DNA from: Blastocystis sp. Blastoise
Lineage: Eukaryota; Protista; Bigyra: Opalinata
Assembly: GCA_039096225.1 (NCBI GenBank)
Contig: JBBPEB010000007.1
Coordinates: forward strand, 1,240,001 to 1,304,000
Length of the DNA stretch: 64,000 bases
Direction: 5' to 3'
Shown: one piece after another, positions 14,401 through 25,303 of the stretch
Numbering within the stretch: position 1 is the stretch's first letter
How the letters are laid out: each line of letters opens with the position of its first letter
Notes under the pieces: generated by a model
What the model was told of the DNA's origin: nothing
What the model saw: the letters and a program-made list of their open reading frames with translations, nothing else
Databases searched by the model: none
Made by a program: the position numbers and the translations under genes

Positions 14401-15733
14401 ATTATTAAGAGTACTTTTGTATTAATAATTCAAACTAAAATAAGTATAATAAAAGAAAAATTATAATATTTATCAAATAATATCAAGATATGATTACTAT
14501 TTATATAATTAAACATTTATTAATTGAGAAAAGCTGTATAATAAAATTTCTAAAATATTTATATAATAGTATATATAAAAGGAAAGGATAAAATATAAAA
14601 AAACAAATAGATATCAAAATTATAATATTTTAAAAATAAAACAAAACAATATATGAAAAGAATAAAAAAGAATATATAATATTTTTTTAGACAAGAGAAT
14701 AAGCTATTTCTCACAATAATAATTATATAGACTAATTCAAATAAAACATAAATATTTAAAGGTAGGGTATAAGTGATAATAATATGTTTTAAAAGAAAAA
14801 GTATTTTATAATCATATTGATATTATTTAAAATACTAAATATTTATAAAACTAAATGAATTGATAAAATACATAGAAAGTTATAAATGAAATAACAAAGA
14901 AAAGTGAATTAATATTGAAAACTAAAAACTAAATAGAAATAGAAATAGAAATAGAAATAGAAATAGAAATAGAAATAGAAATAGAAATAGAAATAGAAAT
15001 AGAAATAGAAATAAGATCAAAAATAAAACACAAGAGTTAATTAATTATCATTGATAAACAATAAATATATATAGTCAATAATAAAAATGGCTAAAAAGAA
15101 TATTAAAAAAAAAAGGAAATAATACTCAAGAACATATAGAATGTTAAGTAAGAATTATCAATATGTATGAATTAAATTATTTAAAATACTAAATTGAAAA
15201 TTAAGATTAGAAGATAACAATTAAAAGCAATTGAAATAATATTTTATAAAATATGAAATAGTTTTAATCCTAAAAAAAAATAAAAACAGAAATGAATAAC
15301 AAAAACATAAGAATAAATATTCATTTTTTAAAATTCAATGTAAGATATAACAATTGAGAGATAATAATTATCTAAACTCAAGCGTAGGCTGGCGTAGCCA
15401 GTCGTGAAACGCTTGTATGTATTTAAAAATGTTAAAGTCTTTTAGAGTTTTTTTAAAATGACTAATTTGTTTTATAAACGATATTTTATATCAATAATAA
15501 AAGTTTTCAAAGTACTAAATCTATTTACTTATGAAATGTAGTGTATTCTTTGATTAATATTTTAGTTTTTAGTTTTTATTTAATGAAATAGTCATTAATG
15601 TTATTATTAAATTTTAATTTATTATGAACTATTAATTTAAAATAATGAAAAGATATTTTTTTATAAAACTATTTTTTTTTTATTTTTATCTAGATTCAAG
15701 CGTAGGCTGGCGTAGCCAGTCGTGAAACGCTTG
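11441..15733 (+). mobile_element. Nested pair of non-autonomous Helitron-like elements (family A): outer mini-element 11441-11488 + 15416-15733, inner ~3.9 kb element 11489-15415
   Basis: Duplicated 48-bp 5' end (TTATATATATTAATTTAGCAGCC..) and duplicated 3' end (GGCTGGCGTAGCCAGTC hairpin + GTGAAACGCTTG ending 15415 and 15733). Each junction is A|T with no TSD. The body from ~12550 is homologous to 45100-45459 + 48218-50900. Confidence 0.75.
14933..15013 (+). repeat. (ATAGAA)n microsatellite within family A element
   Basis: ~13 hexamer units here versus roughly 40+ in the copies at ~40040-40320 and ~50225-50505. Confidence 0.9.
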
Positions 15734-17022
15734 TATCAATAAATAATAAATATATATAACAGAAAAAGAAAAAAAGAATATAAATAAATACATACAGGTA
15801 TAAATAATAAAATAATAGTTTGCACAACTGTAATGAGAACCGTTACTCACTTTAATAACCAAATAAAACTTTCTTATTTGATTCAAAGCTGATTGTAAAA
15901 ATGAACTAGAATCTAAAGTTGAAAACGATTAGAATATAAAGATAAGCATATAATTACAACTAAAATGATTCACGAAGCGTATGGGAACGTCTGGATAAGT
16001 ACCAAATTAAAAACTTAATCAATTGTGTTGTCAACCATGTTACAATAAAGCTGATTAAAATTTGAAACATCGACATACATCATCCACAACTTAAGGGTAC
16101 TTCTAATAAAGACCAACAAAACCAATTCACTTTACCAATTAGAAGACACATTTCAATTTACAACGAAGGTAGCTTTCAAGAACTTCTCTGACATAAGGCA
16201 CTCCATCATTTCAATTTTAAAATCAAATACTCAAGGATATAACACTACACCAAGAATAAAAAAGTTTGTTTGAAACAAAAATTTTGTTTTTCGTATTTAT
16301 TCGTATTCAAGTTAAAACTTGCTATTAATGTCATTTTTCCCATGTGAAAGAGTTTGTGTAAGTAGGAAACCTATTGTTTGAAGCAAAGCTCAACATTAAT
16401 GTAATTGTCTATTTATTTTCTAGGATATACAGTTATTATTTCTATCATAGGGTCGTCCTTGGAGTTTGTAAATAGTATTCATGTAACTTTACTTCATCAG
16501 CAGATAGAAGATGAATCAGAATGGACTAAGAGTAGTGATATGACATTATAATTGTTGGTGTATTAATTACAAATACGATCTTATAAGCTAAAAATAATGT
16601 AATAGACTTTTCCTGTCAATGAGAAGAATTACTTTAACTTCTGACTTTTATTTTACTGTTATTTTTCTTGTCAAGTATTGTAAACATGTTGTCAGTTCTA
16701 AGTTGATAATAAACTAAATTATATTTTTAAAAAAACCTAATTGAACCTAATTAACATTTATCTCTATTTAAAAAACATTACTGTCTTCAATATATGTTTT
16801 TATATGTATTACATATCATAACAAATTGATAATATATTTATATTTTATTTTTCATAACCTATTTATATTAAACAAAAGACAAAGAGACTTTTTTCATTAA
16901 TAAATATGTTTCTGTTTTTTAAAAATTTCTAAGTCTTTTTTATTAATTTCTTTTTGACTTTTAAATTCTATATTTTCTTTTATTTATGTTTTTTTCTTAT
17001 TTAAATAACTTAGACATATCAT

Positions 17023-17714
17023 ATTCTTCCGTTCTTCGAACTGCAGAAGGGGGTATGCAAACCCCGCATAGAGTCTGCGCGACGCGCGCAGCCATAAGCG
17101 GGGAAGTCATCCCCCCTTTTTGTTCTCGACGGAAGAATTAATAACATTTCTGAAGTAAAATAACCATGGGAGTGTAGGGTAGTGTGTGTGTATTTTTATT
17201 TTTCCCCATGTTTATTTATTTTTAATTTATTTGTGTTCCGATTCCAACGTGAAACGTAAAGTGATCAAGGAGAAACTCATAGTAATCATAAAAGAAATAA
17301 AATACACAGTCCAACCCTCCCCTTTACAGGGAATATTCATGGAAAATGACTCCATCGTTGGTAAAGTGAGTAAAATAATCACGGGAATACAGAAAGAAAT
17401 ACGAAAAGAAGCACAGAATGTGCTAAATAAACACACACCCCGACCCTCCCTTTATATAGAGAAAAGATGAAATGGATGGTTCTATCTAAAAAGAAATAAT
17501 AAGAATAATCACGGGAATATATAAAAATAAAAATGTATGTATAGTGATCAATAAATAATATAAAAAGTCATGATAATCATAAAAAAATTTATATAAAAAG
17601 AGTAAAGTGATCAAGGTATGTATTTATAGTGGGTGAAAGAAAAGCTGGTGGTGGTGTGGTCTTGTAAAAAGATGTACCCACCACCACGATTATAACGAGA
17701 GACTTTTGGAAACA
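17023..17714 (+). repeat. Left terminal inverted repeat of the viral element
   Basis: Reverse complement of 52973-53662 with only a few substitutions/indels; starts ATTCTTCCGTTCTTCGAACTGCAG. Confidence 0.95.
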
Positions 17715-17742
17715 TGAGCGACCGATATGGAAAAATATAAAT

Positions 17743-17782
17743 TTTCTAGAACATTCTAGAACATTCTCGAAACTTCTAGAAT
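17743..17782. promoter_or_regulatory. HSE array (8 pentamers)
   Basis: TTCtaGAAcaTTCtaGAAcaTTCtcGAAacTTCtaGAA, ~45 bp upstream of the ORF at 17827. Confidence 0.75.
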
Positions 17783-17826
17783 AATAAATTGTATTATTCT
17801 TTTTTTATATTTTTATACTATATATT

Positions 17827-17994
17827 ATGGATTCTCCAAAGCAATTTGCTCCAGATTATAAAGAAGGTACTTGGAAACCTTATGGAAATTTTGAAGTTGA
17901 TGAATTAAGTAATAGTGATTCTGATGTGGATACTATTCAAACTGAAAGTGAAGATGATTATGAAGATTATATAAAAAATTTTATTGATTTTTAA
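17827..17994 (+). CDS. Small acidic viral protein (55 aa), not in the ORF track
   Basis: MDSPKQFAPDYKEGTWKPYGNFEVDELSNSDSDVDTIQTESEDDYEDYIKNFIDF*; directly downstream of an HSE array. Confidence 0.6.
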   Translation: MDSPKQFAPDYKEGTWKPYGNFEVDELSNSDSDVDTIQTESEDDYEDYIKNFIDF

Positions 17995-18068
17995 ATTAAT
18001 TTTTATAAATAACAAAACAAATTGTTTAGTTTTTAAAAATAATAATAAATAAAACAAATTAAAATTAA

Positions 18069-19559
18069 CTAATGTTTTCTACGTTTATTTCTTAATTTTT
18101 TATTTTTTGAAATACGTCTTTTTCTACGTAATCCATTACCTTCTTCGAGATCATAAAATACCTCACCATCATCTTCATCAAATGATTGAAATTCATCATC
18201 TTCTTTTTTATTTCTTTTATTGTTATTTACAAGAGTGACATTTTCTACTGGATTAGGAATAGGGGCTACAGGTGTAATATTTGAAGTGAATTTATTCGTG
18301 ACTGCTTGAGACATTGGAACAGTATCAGGTAAAGGAACAGTAGGATCATTTATAAGAGGAATTAAATTTGGAGGATTTGAATCTTCAATAGTAATATTAT
18401 GAATATTTTCTTGTGTTAGAGTATCAGGAGTAGATGAAGAAGTTGGTATAACATTATTATTTGCTTCTATTGGATTTTCTGTTTGTGGTATTTCTTCATC
18501 TGGATTCTTACCATACCACCAATTTGAAAAACTATTAAACGCGTTCTTTGTACCGCTAATAACAGAGTTTGCAACATTCTTAACACCATTAACAATAGGT
18601 GTTCCTACATTTGTTGCAGTATTAACAACTTTATTAACAAATGTAGGGTTTTCTGCATATGGAATATAATTATTATGAAATGTTTTTGCTTGATCTTCTA
18701 AAGATTTACTTTTGTTAAGTCTTTGTTCTTTAGTATCATTGCCTGACATATGAGCAAATCTGAAATAGTTTTCAGCTAATATTTTATTTTTTTTCTTAGC
18801 TTCATTATCATCAGTTAATTTCCAATTATCATATAAATTATTTCTATCACTTACAAGTTTTCCTTTAATATCATTGAATCCTTCTTTTGGATCAACATTA
18901 ATATCTCTCCACCAATTCTTGAGATCTTTGAATTTATTTGCACCATAATCAACAGCATTACTTATTCCATGAGTGATGTTATTAATACCTCCAGTTAATT
19001 TATCAGACACATTGTATACATCACTTACAGTGTGATAAATATTAGAAAATAAATTACCACCTCTAGAATATAAGTAACCATCACGATCTCTTTTAGTAAA
19101 ATCAATAGCACTATCAATTGTACGAGGATTTAATAATCTAGAATATTTAGAATAATCAGACATATGATTTTGTTTCATATAAGGTAAGACATAATCATGA
19201 GCATAAATAAGTTTTCTTGTAAAGTTCTTTGGAATTCTACCATCAGGTAATAGCCCAGATCCTTCATCTATTGGTTCACTTTCTTCTGATTCTTCTAATG
19301 AATTTTGTATAACATCTTGTCTGGTTTCTGACAAATATGAATAGAATGGATTTGACGTTGCTCTATTAACCATATTACTTTCAATTTTTTTAACAGCATA
19401 TAATGAATTTGGAGCAATAGAATAATTAATTGGATGACGTTCTTCCCCATCAGGAATAGATCCTGGAACAATATAATTTCGATATTCATGACCAGTAGCA
19501 CGATGATTTACGCCTACTAATCCTTTATTTGAAACATTTAAACGAGCACTTTGTATCAT
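18069..19559 (-). CDS. Viral hypothetical protein (496 aa), possible virion core/membrane protein
   Basis: Intronless ORF; EGSGLL, RGGNL and EGNGL motifs; basic C-terminal tail after the last GxG; amphipathic ..NWW segments. Confidence 0.7.
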   Translation of the reverse strand: MIQSARLNVSNKGLVGVNHRATGHEYRNYIVPGSIPDGEERHPINYSIAPNSLYAVKKIESNMVNRATSNPFYSYLSETRQDVIQNSLEESEESEPIDEGSGLLPDGRIPKNFTRKLIYAHDYVLPYMKQNHMSDYSKYSRLLNPRTIDSAIDFTKRDRDGYLYSRGGNLFSNIYHTVSDVYNVSDKLTGGINNITHGISNAVDYGANKFKDLKNWWRDINVDPKEGFNDIKGKLVSDRNNLYDNWKLTDDNEAKKKNKILAENYFRFAHMSGNDTKEQRLNKSKSLEDQAKTFHNNYIPYAENPTFVNKVVNTATNVGTPIVNGVKNVANSVISGTKNAFNSFSNWWYGKNPDEEIPQTENPIEANNNVIPTSSSTPDTLTQENIHNITIEDSNPPNLIPLINDPTVPLPDTVPMSQAVTNKFTSNITPVAPIPNPVENVTLVNNNKRNKKEDDEFQSFDEDDGEVFYDLEEGNGLRRKRRISKNKKLRNKRRKH

Positions 19560-19683
19560 TTTAGTTTAATAAAATAATTATGATTTTTAAAACAAAACAA
19601 AAATATATATATATATATTAACAAAATTATAATTTAAATGGCAAACATAATATTGCATAAATAAGTAAATATAATATAGTCTA

Positions 19684-20862
19684 TTAAGTTTCATCGTTTT
19701 GCTGATTTCTTAATCCACTATGTTCTTTATCAGGAAGTGCCTTATTTTCATTAAATAAACCTTCATTATATTTGATAATGAATTCATCAAGTGGCATTGT
19801 TCCGTACGTTTTATATATATAGCCTGACTTTTCAGCTGATCTAACATAAATTTTTTCATCTTTAAGAATGAATACCTGATCTTTAAACTCTGGATTATTA
19901 CATATTACTTTTGAGTTCTTACCATTAACATAAATTGTGAATGGTATACCACTTTCAACAATATCATAATGCATACCTTGTTCATCCATCTTATCTTCAA
20001 ATGCTTTGGCATCTTTTTTACGGTTACTCTCATAATTATCCATCTTAGCGTTTGTTTTATTAGTATCATTTTGACGATTCTTTTCATATTTATCCATTCT
20101 AGATTGTGTATTGTTATAGTCTTGATGACGATTATTTTCATATTTATCCATCTTTGAATTTGTATTGTTAACATCTTTTTTACGATTATTTTCATATGTA
20201 TCCATTTTAGAGTTTGTAATATTATTATCTGATTGACGATTATTTTCATATGTATCCATCTTTGAGTTCAAATATTCGTTATCTTTATGTAGATTTTCAT
20301 AATTACCAGTCATATTTTGTTTCATTGAAGCTGCTTCAGCATGTATGTCATCATTATTGGTTTTAATTTGATATGAAATATTATTTAATTGATCATACAT
20401 ATCTTTTTGAGCATTTGAATAGAATTCATAATTCTCTTTATTCTGTTTATATGCTTCTGAATTCAATCCATTTAAGCCTTTTATTGAAGATAATAATGTT
20501 TCATATTGATAATTATTAGGATTACTAGCATCATACCATATCTTACTGGTAGTAGGTACACCATAATTCGTTTGCCATTGAGATAACATAGATGAGTATC
20601 TTGCAGTATCTCCATTAGCTTTAGCTGAATTCATAGTAGCTATAAACATATCTTCAGGTGATTGACCATGATTTCTTAATGCTTGAACTGCCATTGAGCT
20701 ATACATAGATCCTTGTGCATTAGGATCATGTGCTAATGGTTGTACAGGTTGTTCATCTTGACAAATATATGAATTGGGTAACCATGGATCCCAAGATTGT
20801 TTTTTCTGATTTCTTGATAAAATATCATAGAGAGTTACACTATCTCCTAAATTACTTTGCAT
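19684..20862 (-). CDS. Viral hypothetical protein (392 aa) with ~18-aa tandem repeats
   Basis: 5-6 copies of NSKMD(T/K)YENNRxxDxNxT. Confidence 0.75.
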   Translation of the reverse strand: MQSNLGDSVTLYDILSRNQKKQSWDPWLPNSYICQDEQPVQPLAHDPNAQGSMYSSMAVQALRNHGQSPEDMFIATMNSAKANGDTARYSSMLSQWQTNYGVPTTSKIWYDASNPNNYQYETLLSSIKGLNGLNSEAYKQNKENYEFYSNAQKDMYDQLNNISYQIKTNNDDIHAEAASMKQNMTGNYENLHKDNEYLNSKMDTYENNRQSDNNITNSKMDTYENNRKKDVNNTNSKMDKYENNRHQDYNNTQSRMDKYEKNRQNDTNKTNAKMDNYESNRKKDAKAFEDKMDEQGMHYDIVESGIPFTIYVNGKNSKVICNNPEFKDQVFILKDEKIYVRSAEKSGYIYKTYGTMPLDEFIIKYNEGLFNENKALPDKEHSGLRNQQNDET

Positions 20863-20938
20863 TATTTATTGTATTAAATTAAAAATAATTATATAACAAA
20901 ACAAATAATTAATTATGAAATAATAAAAATTAAAATAA

Positions 20939-21976
20939 TTAATTTAAATGGAATTTTTTTAAGAAGAATTGAACAAGATTAATAATTAGATTAGTAGTAG
21001 TATCAAAGGATGTAGAGTTGACAAGAGCACCACCACAACGTTCAGCATTCTCTTTTGTAACACCACTTCCACTAGGATTTTTAAAGTAGTTATCAGCAGT
21101 TTCTTTACGTTTCTTATCATCATCGGTAGTAATCATATTATAAGCGAAATCAATAGGGATACCAAGAGAAGGATAATAGTATTTTAATGCATTCACTACA
21201 ATAGGAACAATCGTTTTAATAGTTTTAATAGCAGTATTCGCAATAATAGAATGCTTTTGTTTTGGATCCATAGGATATTCTTTATCGATAACGACATTAA
21301 CAATATCACGTACAGACACATGCTCATCATTTTTAGGTAATCGTTCTTTAATATCTTGTAATTTCTTCTTATTAGACTTTACATTACTAGAACGAATAGC
21401 CTTCTTAGCAATAATTTTTATTTGAGGAGTTACAAATTTACTTGTTTTCTTTTCTTTTTCTCGGTGACTCCCATGTTCTTTACGATGTTTCTGATGCCTT
21501 CTATGTATACCTTGACCAAATATATCATCATAATTTTCATCTTCAAGATTTGCATTATTATAATCTTTATCATCATCAGCCATCATTTTTCTTGTTATTC
21601 TCTTTGGTTGATAAGTATCATCATCGTTATATAATTCATCATCTCTATTAGCATCTTCAATATGTTCTTCAAATTGTCTTTTCTTTTCTTCTTTTGCTTT
21701 TTCTTGACGTTTTTGTTCTTTACGTTTCTGATAATAATTATATCCAGCAAATGCTCCTAATGTACCTAAAATAGGTAATGCAGTATAGACACCATTTTTA
21801 AAATCAGCCCAATCAGCATCTTTAGCTTGTTGTCTAACAATTTCTTCAAAACCAGTTCCTCCATATCTTACATAACGTTTATGATAAAGATCACGTCTAT
21901 TTGATTTTGGTGGTGATCCTCCAAATAATCGTGGATCACAATTTTGTTTTAAATATCTTTTTGTAATTGAACTCAT
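20939..21976 (-). CDS. Viral hypothetical protein (345 aa) with a hydrophobic segment and GxG motifs
   Basis: ALPILGTLGAFAGYNYY hydrophobic helix; YGGTGF, FGQGI, SGSGV and CGGAL motifs. Confidence 0.7.
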   Translation of the reverse strand: MSSITKRYLKQNCDPRLFGGSPPKSNRRDLYHKRYVRYGGTGFEEIVRQQAKDADWADFKNGVYTALPILGTLGAFAGYNYYQKRKEQKRQEKAKEEKKRQFEEHIEDANRDDELYNDDDTYQPKRITRKMMADDDKDYNNANLEDENYDDIFGQGIHRRHQKHRKEHGSHREKEKKTSKFVTPQIKIIAKKAIRSSNVKSNKKKLQDIKERLPKNDEHVSVRDIVNVVIDKEYPMDPKQKHSIIANTAIKTIKTIVPIVVNALKYYYPSLGIPIDFAYNMITTDDDKKRKETADNYFKNPSGSGVTKENAERCGGALVNSTSFDTTTNLIINLVQFFLKKFHLN

Positions 21977-22029
21977 AACAAAACAATAAAATAATTATGG
22001 TTTATTTAACAAATTAAAATATAAAAAAA

Positions 22030-23067
22030 TTAATGAAAAGAAGGATAACCAGAATAATGTTTTTTATTTAAATAAGGATTGAAAATGCGTCGTTGACTAT
22101 CTTGTATGATTTGATCTTGTATGATTTGTAAGATGGATTCTTTAGGTTTATCTTTTTCATCTCGTTCAATACCTTTCAATGAGACTTCTTCTTCAACAGG
22201 TAAAAACTTCTTCATTTTCTTTTCATATGTAGATACACGTTCATTAGGACGTTTAATACCACTACCTGATACTTCACCTTGTTCTTCTCGTTTCTCTTTT
22301 TCACTATCTTCTTCTGTCCATTTCCTTTTCTTTACCATCTTATATACATTCTGTTTACTACCACAATCAGGATTTGTCCATATTGTTAAATCATCACTAC
22401 CTTGTTTTAACATAAAGAATTGATGTGGATCATTCATTAATTCTTCATCTGTAAGAATTTCATTTAGATTCGATGGCATAATCTTTAATTTATCTGGTAA
22501 GAATCCAGGATCACGTTTTAAGATTTGACTATTAATAAAGAAATGAGATACTTGACTTAATATAGATTGATTGGTAACATCTGTATGACTTTGAAGACAT
22601 ATAATAGCATTCTGTTTATAATGACGACCTTTAGATAATATAGATACAATCAATTGTTTGGTTTGTCTAGATAATGGATAGATATCATCCAATACAATAA
22701 AATTATGTTCTGGTAATTTATATGTATTGACTAATTCATCAACAGTTTTAATCTTTTTAAATTTATCATCTACAGAATCATACCATTTATAATCAATTCC
22801 AGCATGTTCACAAATATCTTGAAAGGATGTATAACATTCATTCTTATTGGATGCATCAGGACAAATTACTGTGACTTGTTTATATTTATTTTTAAGATCC
22901 ATAGAACATAAGAGGTTCACAGTTAAGAAAGATTTTCCTGAGAATGTTCTTGCAATAATCAATATGAATTTTGATTCATATGTTTTATGATGGGATTTTC
23001 CATATTTAAATTCTAAGACTCCACATCCTTTACGTGTTTCTTTTAATGGATTTATTTTATTCACCAT
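22030..23067 (-). CDS. A32-like (FtsK-HerA) genome packaging ATPase
   Basis: Walker A ILIIARTFSGKS, Walker B FIVLDD, and the A32 signature LSKGRHYKQNAIICLQ. Confidence 0.9.
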   Translation of the reverse strand: MVNKINPLKETRKGCGVLEFKYGKSHHKTYESKFILIIARTFSGKSFLTVNLLCSMDLKNKYKQVTVICPDASNKNECYTSFQDICEHAGIDYKWYDSVDDKFKKIKTVDELVNTYKLPEHNFIVLDDIYPLSRQTKQLIVSILSKGRHYKQNAIICLQSHTDVTNQSILSQVSHFFINSQILKRDPGFLPDKLKIMPSNLNEILTDEELMNDPHQFFMLKQGSDDLTIWTNPDCGSKQNVYKMVKKRKWTEEDSEKEKREEQGEVSGSGIKRPNERVSTYEKKMKKFLPVEEEVSLKGIERDEKDKPKESILQIIQDQIIQDSQRRIFNPYLNKKHYSGYPSFH

Positions 23068-23135
23068 TTTATATGATTTTAATCAACAAAACAAAAAATA
23101 ATTAATGATAAGTTAAAGATAAATAAATGATTTTA

Positions 23136-23807
23136 TTAAGATGCAGTAAAGTATATATAAAGATTTGTATTTGATAAATCAATTGGATTATTTAATTGAT
23201 CATATATTTCCCATTGGATATCTGTATATTTACCATCAATACATGGAATAGATAAATCACTGAGAGCAAATGTATTATCAAATCCTTGTTTAGCATATAA
23301 AGGAATAGAAATTAAATCATTATCTTTATTAATAATATCACAATACACACGTAACATATAGATCTTATACCATGAAATATTATTGGATATATATTCATCA
23401 GTAAATACGATTGTATCACCCGGTGAAAAGTATGATGATTTAATGCCTAAGTATTTAAATAGTCCAGAACTAAGACCACATTCAAACCAATGATTTGATT
23501 TAAAAGTTTTAGTTTCTTTATTATAGCTGAAACCATAAGGTTCTCCTTCAACATAGGATTTCATTTTTTTTCCAATTTCATATAATTGATCTAAAAAATC
23601 TTCTAAAGTATAATTTCCAGCTGGAAATGTATATCTACCAGCATTATCAAAAAACTGAATATTGAATTCAGGAATATTAATGATATCACTTGTATTCACT
23701 AATGTATTGATATGAGTTATATTTTTACCTACTAAATCCAAAGTATAATTGAATTGCTCATGACAGATTTGACTTGTAATTTTACTTAGATGAGATATTG
23801 ATGTCAT
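23136..23807 (-). CDS. Minor capsid (penton)-like protein
   Basis: Polinton/PLV penton-like motifs TFPAGNYTLEDF, LFKYLGI, LRVYCDII and IQWEIYDQLNNPIDL; lies between the ATPase and MCP. Confidence 0.7.
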   Translation of the reverse strand: MTSISHLSKITSQICHEQFNYTLDLVGKNITHINTLVNTSDIINIPEFNIQFFDNAGRYTFPAGNYTLEDFLDQLYEIGKKMKSYVEGEPYGFSYNKETKTFKSNHWFECGLSSGLFKYLGIKSSYFSPGDTIVFTDEYISNNISWYKIYMLRVYCDIINKDNDLISIPLYAKQGFDNTFALSDLSIPCIDGKYTDIQWEIYDQLNNPIDLSNTNLYIYFTAS

Positions 23808-23903
23808 TTTTATTAAATAAATTAATTATGAAATTATAAACAAAACAATATTTTTAAGATTAATATAAAGTTGATACAAATAAGAAAATATTATATAATT
23901 AAA

Positions 23904-25127
23904 TTAATTGGTTGCACCATCTCTAACAAATTTAACAAATATAAAATGAGCATATAAAGTATAAGTACCACTAGTAATATTTGCACCATTATATTCAGTT
24001 AATAAGGAGATATTAACTTCACAACCACTACGAGTATTGACATCAACAACACTTGAAATAGGGAATATATAAATAGGTTGTTCATACCATTTCTCACCAT
24101 TCAAAGGAGATTGAGGATGACTATTACATCTCCAAGTATTATAAAGCATAGCATTAGGAATAATTTGTGATGGATTCGTTGTTTTATATGTAGTAGGGAA
24201 ATCCGTCTTTGGTAAGATATTTTGACCACCAATTTGGAATTGACACATCTTCAATAATTCAGTCTTAATAGGAATCATACTCTTCTCTTGAGTTGTAAAA
24301 TATAACATACAGTAATCAGGTACGAAAACAACACTTCTATTGGATAAGAATTGTTGTGGAGTTGGTTTACCTGCTGTTGTGAATGTTTGTGAATAAACAG
24401 GTGTAGTAAATGCAGATATTTGACAATTATTAGGAATACATTTAATCAAAGCACGTGGATCATTACCAAAATTAATATCATAGATTTGTTGAAGATGAAT
24501 ATAAACACGATCAAATGTTAATGCAGTGATTTTAGTGGTTCCAGTAAATAGATTCTTTAAATAATTTGTAACGAATTGCATCTTCAAAGATTTTACTTTA
24601 ATAGCACAATCAAATGTACCAAGACCAGTAATAAGAGATAAAGGAATAATAACTTGAGCTTTAGTAGAACTTTGCATTCCAGAAATACTGCTTAATGTTG
24701 TATTATATAAGCATTCAGTCATACTATACATAGATTTATCAATTTCATCTTTACTTAATTCTTTAATAGTAACAAATTTTCTTGCTTTACTGGATTCAAT
24801 AGAAGATTCAGAATAATTAATAAGAATATCTTGACCCGTAGGAGATACAAACGTAAGATCTGTAGTAATTTTATCAATAATACTATAGATATTAGAATGT
24901 TGTACAACAGAACTAGTTGTAGCTGCATTTGTTGTAATATTGAAATTCAGTTCTAAGAATGAATTACTGAAATCAATAAAAGGACTATCCACTGAATTAT
25001 ATAAGAATTCAAATGGATAAGGTTGATTTAATAAATCTTGACTTGTAGAAACTAGAATAGGAATTTGTACAGGTTTAATAGTTTGATTTGCCTTTGAAGG
25101 TAAGAATTGTCTTGGGAATCCTTCCAT
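23904..25127 (-). CDS. Major capsid protein-like (double jelly-roll), paralog 1
   Basis: 407 aa, beta-rich; FEF..FIDFSNSFLELNFNI, NIYSIIDKI and IIPLSLITGL resemble the Polinton/PLV MCP N-terminal pattern. Confidence 0.75.
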   Translation of the reverse strand: MEGFPRQFLPSKANQTIKPVQIPILVSTSQDLLNQPYPFEFLYNSVDSPFIDFSNSFLELNFNITTNAATTSSVVQHSNIYSIIDKITTDLTFVSPTGQDILINYSESSIESSKARKFVTIKELSKDEIDKSMYSMTECLYNTTLSSISGMQSSTKAQVIIPLSLITGLGTFDCAIKVKSLKMQFVTNYLKNLFTGTTKITALTFDRVYIHLQQIYDINFGNDPRALIKCIPNNCQISAFTTPVYSQTFTTAGKPTPQQFLSNRSVVFVPDYCMLYFTTQEKSMIPIKTELLKMCQFQIGGQNILPKTDFPTTYKTTNPSQIIPNAMLYNTWRCNSHPQSPLNGEKWYEQPIYIFPISSVVDVNTRSGCEVNISLLTEYNGANITSGTYTLYAHFIFVKFVRDGATN

Positions 25128-25303
25128 TTTAATAATTATTGTTTATGTATTTTTTTAACAAAAATAAAAATAAAATAATAATAATATTTTATAATTATTA
25201 ATTAATTTAAATTTTTATAACAAAACAAATGATTGGAATATAGAATAGAATAGAATTAATTAAACAAGTTAACGTTAAGAATAGTAAGTAAGAAATATTA
25301 AAT

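Noticed and set aside
15734-17022. Flanks of the virus (also 53663-54400) as genes or a defined element
   Set aside because: No credible ORF or termini; may be degraded repeat DNA, but this cannot be supported without genome-wide comparison.
17186-17470. ORFs inside the TIRs (also 17227-17436, 53217-53504, 53251-53460, 53478-53723)
   Set aside because: Short, mostly non-ATG starts, with indels between the two TIR copies near their 5' ends; repeated only because the TIR is repeated.
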